A DNA stretch of 36,489 nucleotides from a virus (taxonomy: Duplodnaviria > Caudoviricetes): the IMG/VR virus record IMGVR_UViG_3300042298_003339, positions 1-36,489 of that record. One strand, given 5' to 3'. A program made the position numbers and the translations under genes. Numbering within the stretch: the stretch's first letter is position 1; every line of letters begins with the position of its first letter. Positions 17,812 to 27,647 of the stretch are shown one piece after another. A model generated the notes under the pieces. The model was not told the DNA's origin. It saw only the letters and a list, made by a program, of their open reading frames with translations, and made no database searches.

Positions 17812-20800
17812 TTGATTACACGCATATACCACATAAGCGACATCCATATTCGTTTGTTCAAACGCCATAAAGAATACGAACAAGTATTCAAACGTTTGTT
17901 TCAATACATAAATGAAACCAAGACAGAAAATTCGATAATTTTTTTAGGTGGTGATATCGTTCATAACAAGACCGATATGACTCCCGAACTTATTGATGTT
18001 ACGTCAAGGTTTTTCAAAGGTTGTGCTGATTTACTTCCGACCATTTTAATTGCAGGAAATCATGATGCTAACATTTCAAATTTACATCGCTTAGATGCCC
18101 TAACTCCGATTGTTTCAAGTTTAAATCACCCTAACCTTCATTATTGGAGGGAAAGCGGCGTTTATAAATTTGGCGGGCTGACGTTTTCAGTATTTGGTTT
18201 ATTGGACGGTCAGGATAAATGGGTTCCGGCAAAGGATATTAAAGCAAAATATAAAATTGCTTTACATCATGGGCCGATTATCGGTTCTCGAACTGAAAGT
18301 CAAACTATTGAAACTGGTAACAGGTTGAATATTTTTGACGGATTTGATGTCGCAATGTTGGGAGACATACATTCGCCACAAATCTTACAAAAATACCGCG
18401 AAGAAGATGGTCAAAAATATCCGGAAGTAATTTATCCCGGTTCTCTTATCTCCCAAAATTACGGGGAATCAGTAGATAATCACGGTATTTATGTTTGGGA
18501 TTTACCAAGCAGGACTGCCGAATTTGTTACAATTAAAAATGATTACGGTTTTATCACGTTCAACCTTGTAAACGGTAAATGTGATATTCCAAACGGTTTA
18601 CCTAAAAACCTTCGGGTGCGGGTTAAATTTGATAATACAACGAATGAAGAAGTTGAGGCATTTGTCAAACGTTTGGGAAAGAAATATAATATTGTTGAGT
18701 TAATTAAACAAAAGTCACTTTCCTTTGTTGAAAATGATCAAACCCACGATGATTTGTTGGGTAACAGTCGTGATGTTGATTTTCAAAACGGTATTATAAA
18801 AGAACTTTTACACGTTCAAAATCCTGATATACTTCCAGAAGAAGTTAAAAATGTTCTGGATTTGAACTTTGAAATTAATAAACTACTTCCCGTTTCAAGT
18901 GCAAATAGAAATGTAACTTGGAAACCCTTAGTTTTGGAATTTTCAAATATGTTTTCTTACGGTGAAGATAACATTATTGATTTTTCAAATTTTAGTGGAA
19001 ATTATGGTCTGTTCAGTAAAAATGCCGAGGGAAAAAGTTCAATTTTCGATATTTTAACATTTGTTTTATATGACAAATCAACCCGAGCCAACAAAGCAAG
19101 CCACATCCTGAACAATCAAAAAAATAAATTTCAATGTAAATTAAGTTTTGAGCTGGGCGGAAGAACATTTTTAATCGAACGTATTGGGACTAAAAATGAA
19201 AAAACTGGCGCAGTTAAAGTAGATGTCAACTTTTGGTCATTTGATGATGATGGCGAACGGATAAATTTGAACGGGGAAGACAGGGATAAAACCAATTATG
19301 TGATTCGAGATTATGTGGGAACATATGATGACTTCGTCATGACTGCGCTATCAACCCAGTATGATAATCAAAACTTTGTTGAAAAAAGTCAACGAGACCG
19401 CAAGGAATTACTTTACAAGTTTCTGGATATTTTTGTTTACGACGAACTTTACAAAATCGCCAAAGAAAATTCAAAAGAGTATCAAATCCTAATTCGAGAT
19501 TTGGAGAAGGAAAATCTACATCAACGTTCAAGTAAGATTTACAGTGAATTGCAGGAACATGAGGTTGAAATTGGAACTATAAATAATCAGATTTTTGAAG
19601 TCAAAACTAAACTAAAAGAACAAAATAATTCATTAAATGAATTAAACAAACAATATCGTCCTATCGATTTAACGTTGGATATTGGGCAAATTGAACTAAA
19701 AATAAAACAAGTTTCTGACGAAAGTTTAGTGGTATTTAATCAAATTGGACAAACAAATGAATTAATTCAGCAAATCGGTCAGAAACGGAATCAACTTTTA
19801 TTTGAACTTCAACCGTTAGAAAATTATTCAAATTTGATCGAATTGCAGTCCAGTCACCAGAAAAACGAACTTTTGGTTCGTGAAACTGAAAATAAAATTA
19901 AGTTGCTGGAAAGTGAGTTAAAAGAATGTCGTTCAAAGGAATTGCATTTGAGTAAACATGAATACGATCCGAATTGTAAATTTTGCGTAGACAACCAATT
20001 TGTTAAATCGGCCAAAGATGCTATTGAACGTATTCCGGTATTAAGTTCTGAAATTGAAAAATTACATGAACAACTTGATATTTATAAAGAAGGATTAACT
20101 ACTTCGTTTCAGAGTTTGGAATTAGGTAAACAGTTTCAAAGTTTAACTCAGACATTGAATGATTTACAAGTTAAGGTGAGGGTTGTAGAAGAACAACAAA
20201 AAACATATTCAATGAAAAATGAAACGTTGAAATCTGAAATTTCGATGTTATCCAGACAAAAGGATGAATATAACAAAAATGTTTTATTAATCGAAAAAAA
20301 TAAAGAAATTTTAAACCAAATTGATATAATTAAACACGAGATAGATGCGTTAACAGGTCAAGAGCAAACGTTACAAAAGCAGCAACGTAAAATAGAACTA
20401 GAAATTGGTAAGTTGAAACAAGAATACGATAATTGTAATGAAAGGTTGGATAAATATTTAGATTACATAAAAAAATATCGCATTTATGAACTTTACATGA
20501 ATACCGTTTCGAGAGACGGAGTTCCTTATAAGATTGTTGAAATGGTTCTTCCGGTATTGGAAAATGAAGTTAATTTGATTTTAAATTCAGTAGCCAACTT
20601 CAACATTAAACTTGAAGCCACTGATGAAAAATATGTTCATGCTTTTATTCAATACGGTCCTGAGCAAGTTTGGCCAGTTGAACTTGCAAGCGGAATGGAA
20701 AGATTTGTGTTGAGTTTGGCGTTTAGAGTTGCATTGACTGAACTTACAAGTTTACCAAAATCAAACTTCTTAGCCATTGATGAAGGTTTTGGTGTTTTGG

Positions 20801-20973
20801 ATAGTGAAAATATCCTTCAAATTGGAAAATTATTTCAATATTTGAAAAACCAATATGACCACATTATTTGTATTTCACACATCGATTCGATGCGAGATTT
20901 AGTTGATAATCAGATTAGTATAAATAAAGAAGGTGGATTTAGTAAGATTAGGTATGTAAATGGAGAAACTTAA
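17812..20973 (+). CDS. Fused Mre11/SbcD nuclease + Rad50/SbcC ABC ATPase (T4 gp47-gp46 equivalent)
   Basis: SDIH, GGDIVH, GNHD, GDIH phosphoesterase motifs; NAEGKSS Walker A, coiled coil with CKFC zinc hook, ASGMERF signature, IDEGFG Walker B/D-loop, ISH switch. Confidence 0.92.
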   Translation: MITRIYHISDIHIRLFKRHKEYEQVFKRLFQYINETKTENSIIFLGGDIVHNKTDMTPELIDVTSRFFKGCADLLPTILIAGNHDANISNLHRLDALTPIVSSLNHPNLHYWRESGVYKFGGLTFSVFGLLDGQDKWVPAKDIKAKYKIALHHGPIIGSRTESQTIETGNRLNIFDGFDVAMLGDIHSPQILQKYREEDGQKYPEVIYPGSLISQNYGESVDNHGIYVWDLPSRTAEFVTIKNDYGFITFNLVNGKCDIPNGLPKNLRVRVKFDNTTNEEVEAFVKRLGKKYNIVELIKQKSLSFVENDQTHDDLLGNSRDVDFQNGIIKELLHVQNPDILPEEVKNVLDLNFEINKLLPVSSANRNVTWKPLVLEFSNMFSYGEDNIIDFSNFSGNYGLFSKNAEGKSSIFDILTFVLYDKSTRANKASHILNNQKNKFQCKLSFELGGRTFLIERIGTKNEKTGAVKVDVNFWSFDDDGERINLNGEDRDKTNYVIRDYVGTYDDFVMTALSTQYDNQNFVEKSQRDRKELLYKFLDIFVYDELYKIAKENSKEYQILIRDLEKENLHQRSSKIYSELQEHEVEIGTINNQIFEVKTKLKEQNNSLNELNKQYRPIDLTLDIGQIELKIKQVSDESLVVFNQIGQTNELIQQIGQKRNQLLFELQPLENYSNLIELQSSHQKNELLVRETENKIKLLESELKECRSKELHLSKHEYDPNCKFCVDNQFVKSAKDAIERIPVLSSEIEKLHEQLDIYKEGLTTSFQSLELGKQFQSLTQTLNDLQVKVRVVEEQQKTYSMKNETLKSEISMLSRQKDEYNKNVLLIEKNKEILNQIDIIKHEIDALTGQEQTLQKQQRKIELEIGKLKQEYDNCNERLDKYLDYIKKYRIYELYMNTVSRDGVPYKIVEMVLPVLENEVNLILNSVANFNIKLEATDEKYVHAFIQYGPEQVWPVELASGMERFVLSLAFRVALTELTSLPKSNFLAIDEGFGVLDSENILQIGKLFQYLKNQYDHIICISHIDSMRDLVDNQISINKEGGFSKIRYVNGET

Positions 20974-23575
20974 AAGAGTCAAATATGGGTTAGATTCAGT
21001 ATTAGCATCAGTAGTTGATGTAGATACCAGTTCTCTCTTTGACATTTTTGTTCCTAAACAACTTTGTTCAGGTAAAAACGAAATTAGACTAAGGTTAGTT
21101 AATGATGGATTAGTTAAAGGTTCAGAAGTTTTAATTGATATACTTGACCAAATAGGAAATCCACTATATTATGAAATAGGCGAAATTGCAAATGAAGATA
21201 AAAGTAGAAGTATTGTTGTAGAAATTGAACCCGCTGATTTAAGTGGACCATCAAAACTATACATTTACGCCAAACTTTCTCAAACTTCATCGTATCTTTC
21301 AATTATTAACCTTGAAATAAATTCAGAGTTAGAAACTGAACAAGAAATTAAATTTGTTGATCCTCCTGAAATTTATTATCAGGAAAGAAAACTTGCAACT
21401 CAAACATTTACAAATCAAAGTCGTAAAATTGCAAAAGTTGGAACTGGTAATATTTCAACAGTAAGTCCTGTAATTCCAAAACAATTAGTTGAGAGTACGT
21501 TTCAGGTTGAGAAAAAAGAACTTCGCACAATTATAAGTCAAGGTTCAACTTCAAATAATATTGGAAGTGGTTCTTCCTTGGAACTTCCCCAACAATTTAG
21601 TTTAGCCAGAATAACGAGTCAAAATTTTCCGTTTAGTTCAAGTTATATTGGCGGCGAAATTGTTTTGAATAATATTTCATTGGAAGTTCCGAATGATTCG
21701 TTAACCTCGACTCCATTTGTAAATTTAAGTTATAGTGCATCAATTTTAAATGTCCTATCCACGAGTTCAATTGAAATTTATCCGCCGTTTACCAAAACGA
21801 TTGAATATCAAAGTTCAACTGGAATAAAAACAATTTCGGTTGATAGATTATTTGAGCATTCAAATTTTACTTGCTCATTTAATGAAGTTTTAAGTTTAAG
21901 TCAAACCAATTACACTCAATCGTATGCAGTATTTGATGTATATAACTTAAATCCGTTGACTGGTAAAGTTGCATCAATTGATGTTAGTTACAAAAATTTA
22001 AGTTTAATTGGTGACAATTATGAGCCTTTGGGCAATTTTGAAGTCAGAAGTCAAAATTATTTAATTGACTCAAATAACCTAATCTTTGATAACAATAAAG
22101 GAATTGTTGAAAAGCCCATCGGTATATTTAGGTCAGGTATTTCAGATTTTCAAACGTATTGGCAAACTTCTTCAAATGTGGTAATTCAACGAATTGATTC
22201 GGTAACCGATGGGATCAAATTCAGTGGAACTAATTTAACTTTTGAACCAAAAAACCAATATCAGTTAATTAATCGTCAAAGTCAGAATTGGAAACTTGAA
22301 TTTGATTATGAACTCCTACCAAGTCAAAGTTTAGAACCCCAAGTTGATATTTTCATCTCAGGTTCAGATATTAAAAAACTAAGTGAAAGTAAAAATCTCA
22401 TATTAACTCCGACCCAAAGTTCTAACCTTGGAGTTTATATTGGGAGTATCTTAGATCGGCAAGGTAGAGCGGAATTAATTTTCAACGTTAATAGGAATAC
22501 CCGTATAAGTCCCAAATTTACGTTGAGGCGAGGTTTCTTGTCCATTGGTAATATTGTACTTCAACCAGAGGAAAAAGTCGGTTATAACGTAAAACAAACG
22601 CGAATTTTTGCACCCTTAAATATTCCAACTGGAAGTGAATTAAATTTCAAGTTTGATTATGTCAATCCGGTAGGGAAAAAAGTAAACAAGTTTTCAAGTT
22701 TACTTCCGGGAGTTTATTTTGAGGGAAGTTTTAAACCAACTTCCGGCGGTGGAACGGTTACAATTCCACCCGGAACGGTTTCAGGTTCCGATCAATTAAC
22801 AAGTTCTTATGATAATCGATATGAGCGAAAAGGTACTGGATTATTATCAAGTTCTAATCAAATAGCCATTGACATTACAGGTTCATTTGTAAGTGCAAGT
22901 AATTCACTTTCCAGTAGAATTAATATATTTGAAACTAAAACGTTATATTCAAGTTCTCAGCAAGTAGATTATAATTTAATTGTCAACAGGCCGACCGTAA
23001 GTGGTAGTAGCCTTTATAGATTATTAATTTCAAGTGGAAGTGATTCAAGTTCATCATATGCCGACTCACGTTTAACATATGATACAAGTCAAAGTAAATT
23101 TTCAGTTACCGGGTCGACAAATCTAAATGGAAATTTGTATCAGACTGGCTCAACCTCTACCAGAATGTCATATATTTGGAGTGGCCCGATAACTGTTGGG
23201 ACTACTCCCGGTATTGAGTGGACTAATATGCAGAATTCTGTAAATACTTGGTTAGGTACAGGGGGAATTCCGACTCCGGACGCGACGTACATTGGAGATT
23301 TTGCGGAAATAACGCAAGGAAGATTATTCACGTCACTACAAACCATTGCCGCCGGGCCTACTTGTTCATTAGAAGTTCAATACAGTCTTGACGGTTCATC
23401 AAGTTGGGACCAGATGGTTACATTAACCGTCGGAAATTCACCGAATTATAAAGATAGTGGTTGGGCAAGAATTCCCAATGCAAGTAAAACGTTTTGTTAT
23501 ATCAGATTAGTTGGTTGGGGCGGAGACGGACTTCGTGATCCGAGATTCAGTCCACCGATAGTATTATTTAGATAA
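20960..23575 (+). CDS. Large putative virion/tail-associated protein
   Basis: 871 aa, Ser/Thr/Gly-rich; GTVSGSDQL and LLSSSNQI repeats; beta-rich C-terminal domain. Confidence 0.5.
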   Translation: MEKLKRVKYGLDSVLASVVDVDTSSLFDIFVPKQLCSGKNEIRLRLVNDGLVKGSEVLIDILDQIGNPLYYEIGEIANEDKSRSIVVEIEPADLSGPSKLYIYAKLSQTSSYLSIINLEINSELETEQEIKFVDPPEIYYQERKLATQTFTNQSRKIAKVGTGNISTVSPVIPKQLVESTFQVEKKELRTIISQGSTSNNIGSGSSLELPQQFSLARITSQNFPFSSSYIGGEIVLNNISLEVPNDSLTSTPFVNLSYSASILNVLSTSSIEIYPPFTKTIEYQSSTGIKTISVDRLFEHSNFTCSFNEVLSLSQTNYTQSYAVFDVYNLNPLTGKVASIDVSYKNLSLIGDNYEPLGNFEVRSQNYLIDSNNLIFDNNKGIVEKPIGIFRSGISDFQTYWQTSSNVVIQRIDSVTDGIKFSGTNLTFEPKNQYQLINRQSQNWKLEFDYELLPSQSLEPQVDIFISGSDIKKLSESKNLILTPTQSSNLGVYIGSILDRQGRAELIFNVNRNTRISPKFTLRRGFLSIGNIVLQPEEKVGYNVKQTRIFAPLNIPTGSELNFKFDYVNPVGKKVNKFSSLLPGVYFEGSFKPTSGGGTVTIPPGTVSGSDQLTSSYDNRYERKGTGLLSSSNQIAIDITGSFVSASNSLSSRINIFETKTLYSSSQQVDYNLIVNRPTVSGSSLYRLLISSGSDSSSSYADSRLTYDTSQSKFSVTGSTNLNGNLYQTGSTSTRMSYIWSGPITVGTTPGIEWTNMQNSVNTWLGTGGIPTPDATYIGDFAEITQGRLFTSLQTIAAGPTCSLEVQYSLDGSSSWDQMVTLTVGNSPNYKDSGWARIPNASKTFCYIRLVGWGGDGLRDPRFSPPIVLFR

Positions 23576-23577
23576 AC

Positions 23578-25470
23578 ATGAAAAAAATAGTAATTTATCC
23601 CGGAAGATTTCAACCCTTTGGTCCGCACCATTTTAAAGCATATAAATGGTTATGTCAGGTCTTTGGGATTGATAGCGTTTTTATTGTAACTTCAAACAAA
23701 ACGGATTTAAATTCACCATTAACATTTGAAGAGAAAAAACTTTGCATTCAAAAATACAATATTAATCCTGAAAAAATTGTTCAGGTTGTGAATCCGTATA
23801 AAGCGGATGAGATAATTTCAAGGTTCAATCCAAATGAAACTTCGGTAATATTTGCTTATGGTGAAAAGGATTTTGGAAGAATAAGATTCCAAAAAAGCGA
23901 CGGCAGTGAAAGTTATTTTAAACAATATTATGGTCAAAATGAACTTAAACCTTTGAGTGAATGTGGTTATGTTGTAGAGATGCCCAATTTTTCAATTAAA
24001 TTTCAAGGCAAGGAAATAAACGGAACTTTATTACGTCAAGCCTTACCAATGGCCAAACATGACGAATTTGAAAATTTGATGGGCTATTATGATGCACAAA
24101 TTCATTTTTTATTTAAAAGAAAATTTCATCCTGATATAACCAACCTTGCTGAATCGGTTTTATTGACAGAAGGCGATATAACCAGAACTCAACTTCAAAG
24201 AATTGAACAATATGCAGATCGACTGTTTAAGGAATATGGAATTGATATTGAATTTCAAAATTTAATGAAGGGTACGCATTTTTGGCATCGAGTAAACGAC
24301 CCGAGAAATGGTAAACCTATTTCGACAGACGAATTAAGACAAATTTTTAAAAAAGCATCAATTAAATTTGGAGAAAAACTTCAAAAATCTCCGACCGGAT
24401 TAGAAGCAGTTTTGAGAGATATGGAAACTGATATTAATTTGCCATTTATATTGAAATACGATTATAAAAACAAGGAACTTGATTTAGTTCCAAAAACAAT
24501 TATGAGGAAAAAAGATTTCAAAAGTTCAACTCCATTTTTGACGATGGAAGCAAAAAAATTTACCAAACACATCTGTCATTTATACGAAGATAAAAATTTG
24601 ACCATTGACGATTATCTTGATTTTGTAGATGCGTTGTTAGTTAACACTGATAAAATAGGCAAAGTTAGTTTGAAATATGATGGTCACAATTTCAAAGTTA
24701 CGTTTAGAAATGGGAGAATTTTATGCGCACAAAATAAATCTTCTATTATCGAACCTTTGACAATGTTACAATTAAAGGAAAAATATAAAGATAAACCAAA
24801 TCCTAAAATGGTTTATTCAAAAGTATTGGAAGAAATTGGTCAACAATTATTGAGATTGGGTACTCAACAATTAAATCAAATTTTTAATAATGGTAGAACT
24901 TTTTTGAACTTTGAAATCCTGCATCCGAAAATTGTTAATGTATTTGAATATGATGAACCTACACTTTCACTTCATTCTTTGATCACTTACGATGAAAATG
25001 GAAATGAAATACATCAAACAACTGAAATTCCGTTTAATCTCGGAAATGGTAAAATATTCAAAATTCAAAAAAGCCCTCATTTTAAATTAGAACCTTTGAA
25101 TGATCCTGCAACTGTCAAATTTATTAAAGATAAAATTGTAAGCGGAATTGATTTGAAAGAAACTGTTTTGTTGTTGGAAAACTTGGTTATACAAAATTTT
25201 TGTAAAACAAATCCGCAAAATAGTAAAAATAAAACTGTAATTGGAAATATTGTTTCAAATGTTCAGTCAAATTTGAAAACTGATGCAGATATTTCAAAGT
25301 TCAAAGAAGGACTTCGATTGCTTGATTGGATTGGTGGCGTAAATGCAATTAATCCGATCGAAGGTTTGGTTTTTGAATATAGAGGGAACGTTTGGAAATG
25401 TACCGGAAGTTTTGGAGCCTTGCAGCCAATCTTCAATATTTACAACAAAATGAGATTTCCCAAAAAATAA
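23578..25470 (+). CDS. Multi-domain protein: cytidylyltransferase-like (HIGH family) domain + middle domain + KxDG-containing domain
   Basis: IYPGRFQPFGPHH and INGTLLR (HIGH/KMSKS-type motifs); HFWHRVNDPRN middle domain; LKYDG...EGLVF ligase-like motifs. Confidence 0.6.
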   Translation: MKKIVIYPGRFQPFGPHHFKAYKWLCQVFGIDSVFIVTSNKTDLNSPLTFEEKKLCIQKYNINPEKIVQVVNPYKADEIISRFNPNETSVIFAYGEKDFGRIRFQKSDGSESYFKQYYGQNELKPLSECGYVVEMPNFSIKFQGKEINGTLLRQALPMAKHDEFENLMGYYDAQIHFLFKRKFHPDITNLAESVLLTEGDITRTQLQRIEQYADRLFKEYGIDIEFQNLMKGTHFWHRVNDPRNGKPISTDELRQIFKKASIKFGEKLQKSPTGLEAVLRDMETDINLPFILKYDYKNKELDLVPKTIMRKKDFKSSTPFLTMEAKKFTKHICHLYEDKNLTIDDYLDFVDALLVNTDKIGKVSLKYDGHNFKVTFRNGRILCAQNKSSIIEPLTMLQLKEKYKDKPNPKMVYSKVLEEIGQQLLRLGTQQLNQIFNNGRTFLNFEILHPKIVNVFEYDEPTLSLHSLITYDENGNEIHQTTEIPFNLGNGKIFKIQKSPHFKLEPLNDPATVKFIKDKIVSGIDLKETVLLLENLVIQNFCKTNPQNSKNKTVIGNIVSNVQSNLKTDADISKFKEGLRLLDWIGGVNAINPIEGLVFEYRGNVWKCTGSFGALQPIFNIYNKMRFPKK

Positions 25471-25480
25471 GATATTTATA
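25471..25480 (+). promoter_or_regulatory. Candidate phage late-promoter motif GATATTTATA
   Basis: Second copy of the motif at 2924; followed by AAGGAG RBS and ATG. Confidence 0.4.
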
Positions 25481-25495
25481 ATGATATAAGGAGAA

Positions 25496-25735
25496 ATGAT
25501 GAAAACATTACGTCAAATTTATGAAGAAATAGAACCGCAAGCAAATGCGTCTGCCAATAGTTTAATCTTAATTGATAAACTTAGAAAAACGCCAGCAGTC
25601 ATGCAAATGCTTCAACAAATAGACCAACCTACGGACAAATATAAGGCAATAATGAAATTTGCTGCCTTATTAGGAGTTCCTGAACAAAGGTTTCCAGATT
25701 TTGTAAATCAACAAAATAATATTACAAAACAATAA
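25496..25735 (+). CDS. Small protein with leader
   Basis: AAGGAG RBS; MMKTLRQIYEEIE. Confidence 0.65.
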   Translation: MMKTLRQIYEEIEPQANASANSLILIDKLRKTPAVMQMLQQIDQPTDKYKAIMKFAALLGVPEQRFPDFVNQQNNITKQ

Positions 25736-25749
25736 AAAATAAATAAACA

Positions 25750-25809
25750 AATGGAGAAATTTAAATGAGTATTAACAAAAAAAAAACTAATTAGAATGAT
25801 TACTGAAAT
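25750..25809 (+). repeat. 60-nt direct repeat, copy 1 (RBS + leader + A10 run)
   Basis: Matches 27272..27331 with 2 mismatches. Confidence 0.9.
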
Positions 25810-26023
25810 ATCCGACAATATCTTAAAAGATAAAGTAATTAAACTTTATAAACAGAAATATTCTCAATCCGAAATAGCAGATAAATTAAATATCGATTTT
25901 GATAAGGTAGTACGTTGGACCAATCATCTCGGGTTTCAAGTAGGAAAAATATCCGATGATGACGACAGATTTGGCGACGATCCGATGTCAAAGCAATATT
26001 TTGATAGAACTATAAAAAGATAA
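25765..26023 (+). CDS. Small HTH-like protein; RBS-proximal ATG at 25765 is one base out of frame across an A10 run (in-frame ATG at 25796)
   Basis: YSQSEIADKLNIDFDKVVRW HTH-like; removing one A gives MSINKKKLIRMITE... Confidence 0.55.
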
Positions 26024-26027
26024 AAAC

Positions 26028-26417
26028 ATGGCCAGAGTAAAACCGGAAGCATATAATCCTACATTAATGTTTCGATTCGCAGTAGAATTTCCAAATGAAC
26101 TTAAACATATTCATTATTATGGTAAAGCGTCAGATTTGCCTAAATGGACAAATGTTAACGGATGGGAAAATGAAATAAAAATTCTTTGCTATCATTTTGA
26201 AGGAATAACTGTAAACGAGTTATCAGAAATGAATACCGAAGACGTAACTGCAATTATTAAAATTCTAAATCCAGACGAAAGTACATTGTACGAGTGGCGA
26301 TTAAAAGGTGATGTTATAAAAATAGACTATGGTTATTTAGATAGAGCAATTGAAAATGTAACGTTGGCCGAAATAACGTTCTTACCAAAAGAATGTATAA
26401 TTGTATTTGAACCTTAA
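26028..26417 (+). CDS. T4 gp19-like tail tube fold protein (short, divergent)
   Basis: P.LMFRFAVEF, LP, WEN.I.I, KILNPD...YEWRLKG...IDYGYLD follow the gp19-family pattern. Confidence 0.5.
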   Translation: MARVKPEAYNPTLMFRFAVEFPNELKHIHYYGKASDLPKWTNVNGWENEIKILCYHFEGITVNELSEMNTEDVTAIIKILNPDESTLYEWRLKGDVIKIDYGYLDRAIENVTLAEITFLPKECIIVFEP

Positions 26418-26429
26418 AACTGATGAAAT

Positions 26430-26669
26430 ATGACTAACGAAGAATTTAAAAGTTATTTTCAAGATCAAATCGAACGACGAAGTTCAAGTCCACTGAGAGA
26501 AATACATCCTAATTACGATTTATATTATTGCATTGTAACTCACGTATCTGATACAGATATAGATTTGAAGTTGGAATCAATAAATATTACCGAATTAGAT
26601 GATTTTGATCCAACAAATTTAGAAAAAAATAATACAAACGACAAACTTCCAAGTTTTAAATATAAATAA
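26430..26669 (+). CDS. Hypothetical protein
   Basis: 79-aa ORF abutting the next gene. Confidence 0.5.
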   Translation: MTNEEFKSYFQDQIERRSSSPLREIHPNYDLYYCIVTHVSDTDIDLKLESINITELDDFDPTNLEKNNTNDKLPSFKYK

Positions 26670-27290
26670 ATGGCAAAACTACAAAACATAAAAGCATTGA
26701 AACAAATGCTTGACGGTAATCATAGAATGCAAACTCGAAAAACGATTGGTTTTTCAGACGCAAAAGATACCGCAAAAATTAGAGAAGTTGGTGAAATTTG
26801 GGAAGAAGCCGACCAGCACGGAAATACAATTTGGTGGGAGCAAAAGCAAGGTTATAGGGTCAAATACGGAGTTCATCCTGAAATTGCTCAAAATTTAAGA
26901 GAAGCACAAGAATATTTGAGTTCCTTTCCCAATTGTCAAAAAGAAACTTGTACTTGTAAACAACCAACTCGAATTGATGAAAAGTTTAGAAAACTTGTCG
27001 GTATGTGTGAGGACTGTTTAATTAGTTACGAAACTTCACTTAAAATTAAAGGCGAGTTCAATGAATATGCTATGAAAAAAATGGAAGCAAACGCGAAAGC
27101 ATTTTTTGAACAAGCGGATAAAGAGGTCGAAGTTTTGAAACGTGAAGTTTCAAACATACATTTTGCCGGAGATGAAAATGATATCGACCCGATTGAAACA
27201 TGGAAATTTCAAGATGAAGAAAGTTATAAAAAGTTCATCGATGAAAAATATAATGAATTTAAAAGAAAAACAATGGAGAAATTTAAATGA
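26670..27290 (+). CDS. Hypothetical protein with Cys cluster
   Basis: CQKETCTC...MCEDC possible zinc site; near terminase. Confidence 0.6.
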   Translation: MAKLQNIKALKQMLDGNHRMQTRKTIGFSDAKDTAKIREVGEIWEEADQHGNTIWWEQKQGYRVKYGVHPEIAQNLREAQEYLSSFPNCQKETCTCKQPTRIDEKFRKLVGMCEDCLISYETSLKIKGEFNEYAMKKMEANAKAFFEQADKEVEVLKREVSNIHFAGDENDIDPIETWKFQDEESYKKFIDEKYNEFKRKTMEKFK

Positions 27291-27331
27291 GTATTAACAA
27301 AAAAAAAACTAATTAAAATGATTACAGAAAT
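27272..27331 (+). repeat. 60-nt direct repeat, copy 2
   Basis: Matches 25750..25809; here it overlaps the last codons (MEKFK*) of 26670..27290. Confidence 0.9.
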
Positions 27332-27629
27332 TTTGAATGAAAAACAAAATAAAAAAAGACATAGAATAAATGAAGGGAAAAGGCGATTTTATGTCAAATA
27401 CTCGTCATGGTTCGATAGTCATGATTATGATATAGATGCTATATCAACCGCTTTAAAATCTGTCGGCGCAAAAAATATAACAACCAAAGCATTTTCGCCT
27501 AATCGGCCAGAAGTAGTTGTATTTCATGCCGAACCGTCACAGATAGAAAAAATGGAATCGGCTTTAGAAAAAATAGGAATCAAGTGGCCAATAATCCATA
27601 ATGTTCTGCCGGGTAGAAACTCCAATTAA
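27287..27629 (+). CDS. Small protein with leader; ATG at 27287 is out of frame across an A10 run (in-frame ATG at 27318)
   Basis: Removing one A gives MSINKKKLIKMITEILNE...RINEG. Confidence 0.55.
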
Positions 27630-27647
27630 AACGCTGAGTGTATTAAT

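Noticed and set aside
26661-26668. T4 late promoter TATAAATA (also at about 4083)
   Set aside because: One copy sits 1 nt before an ATG at a stop/start junction and the other is inside a coding sequence; expected by chance in AT-rich DNA.
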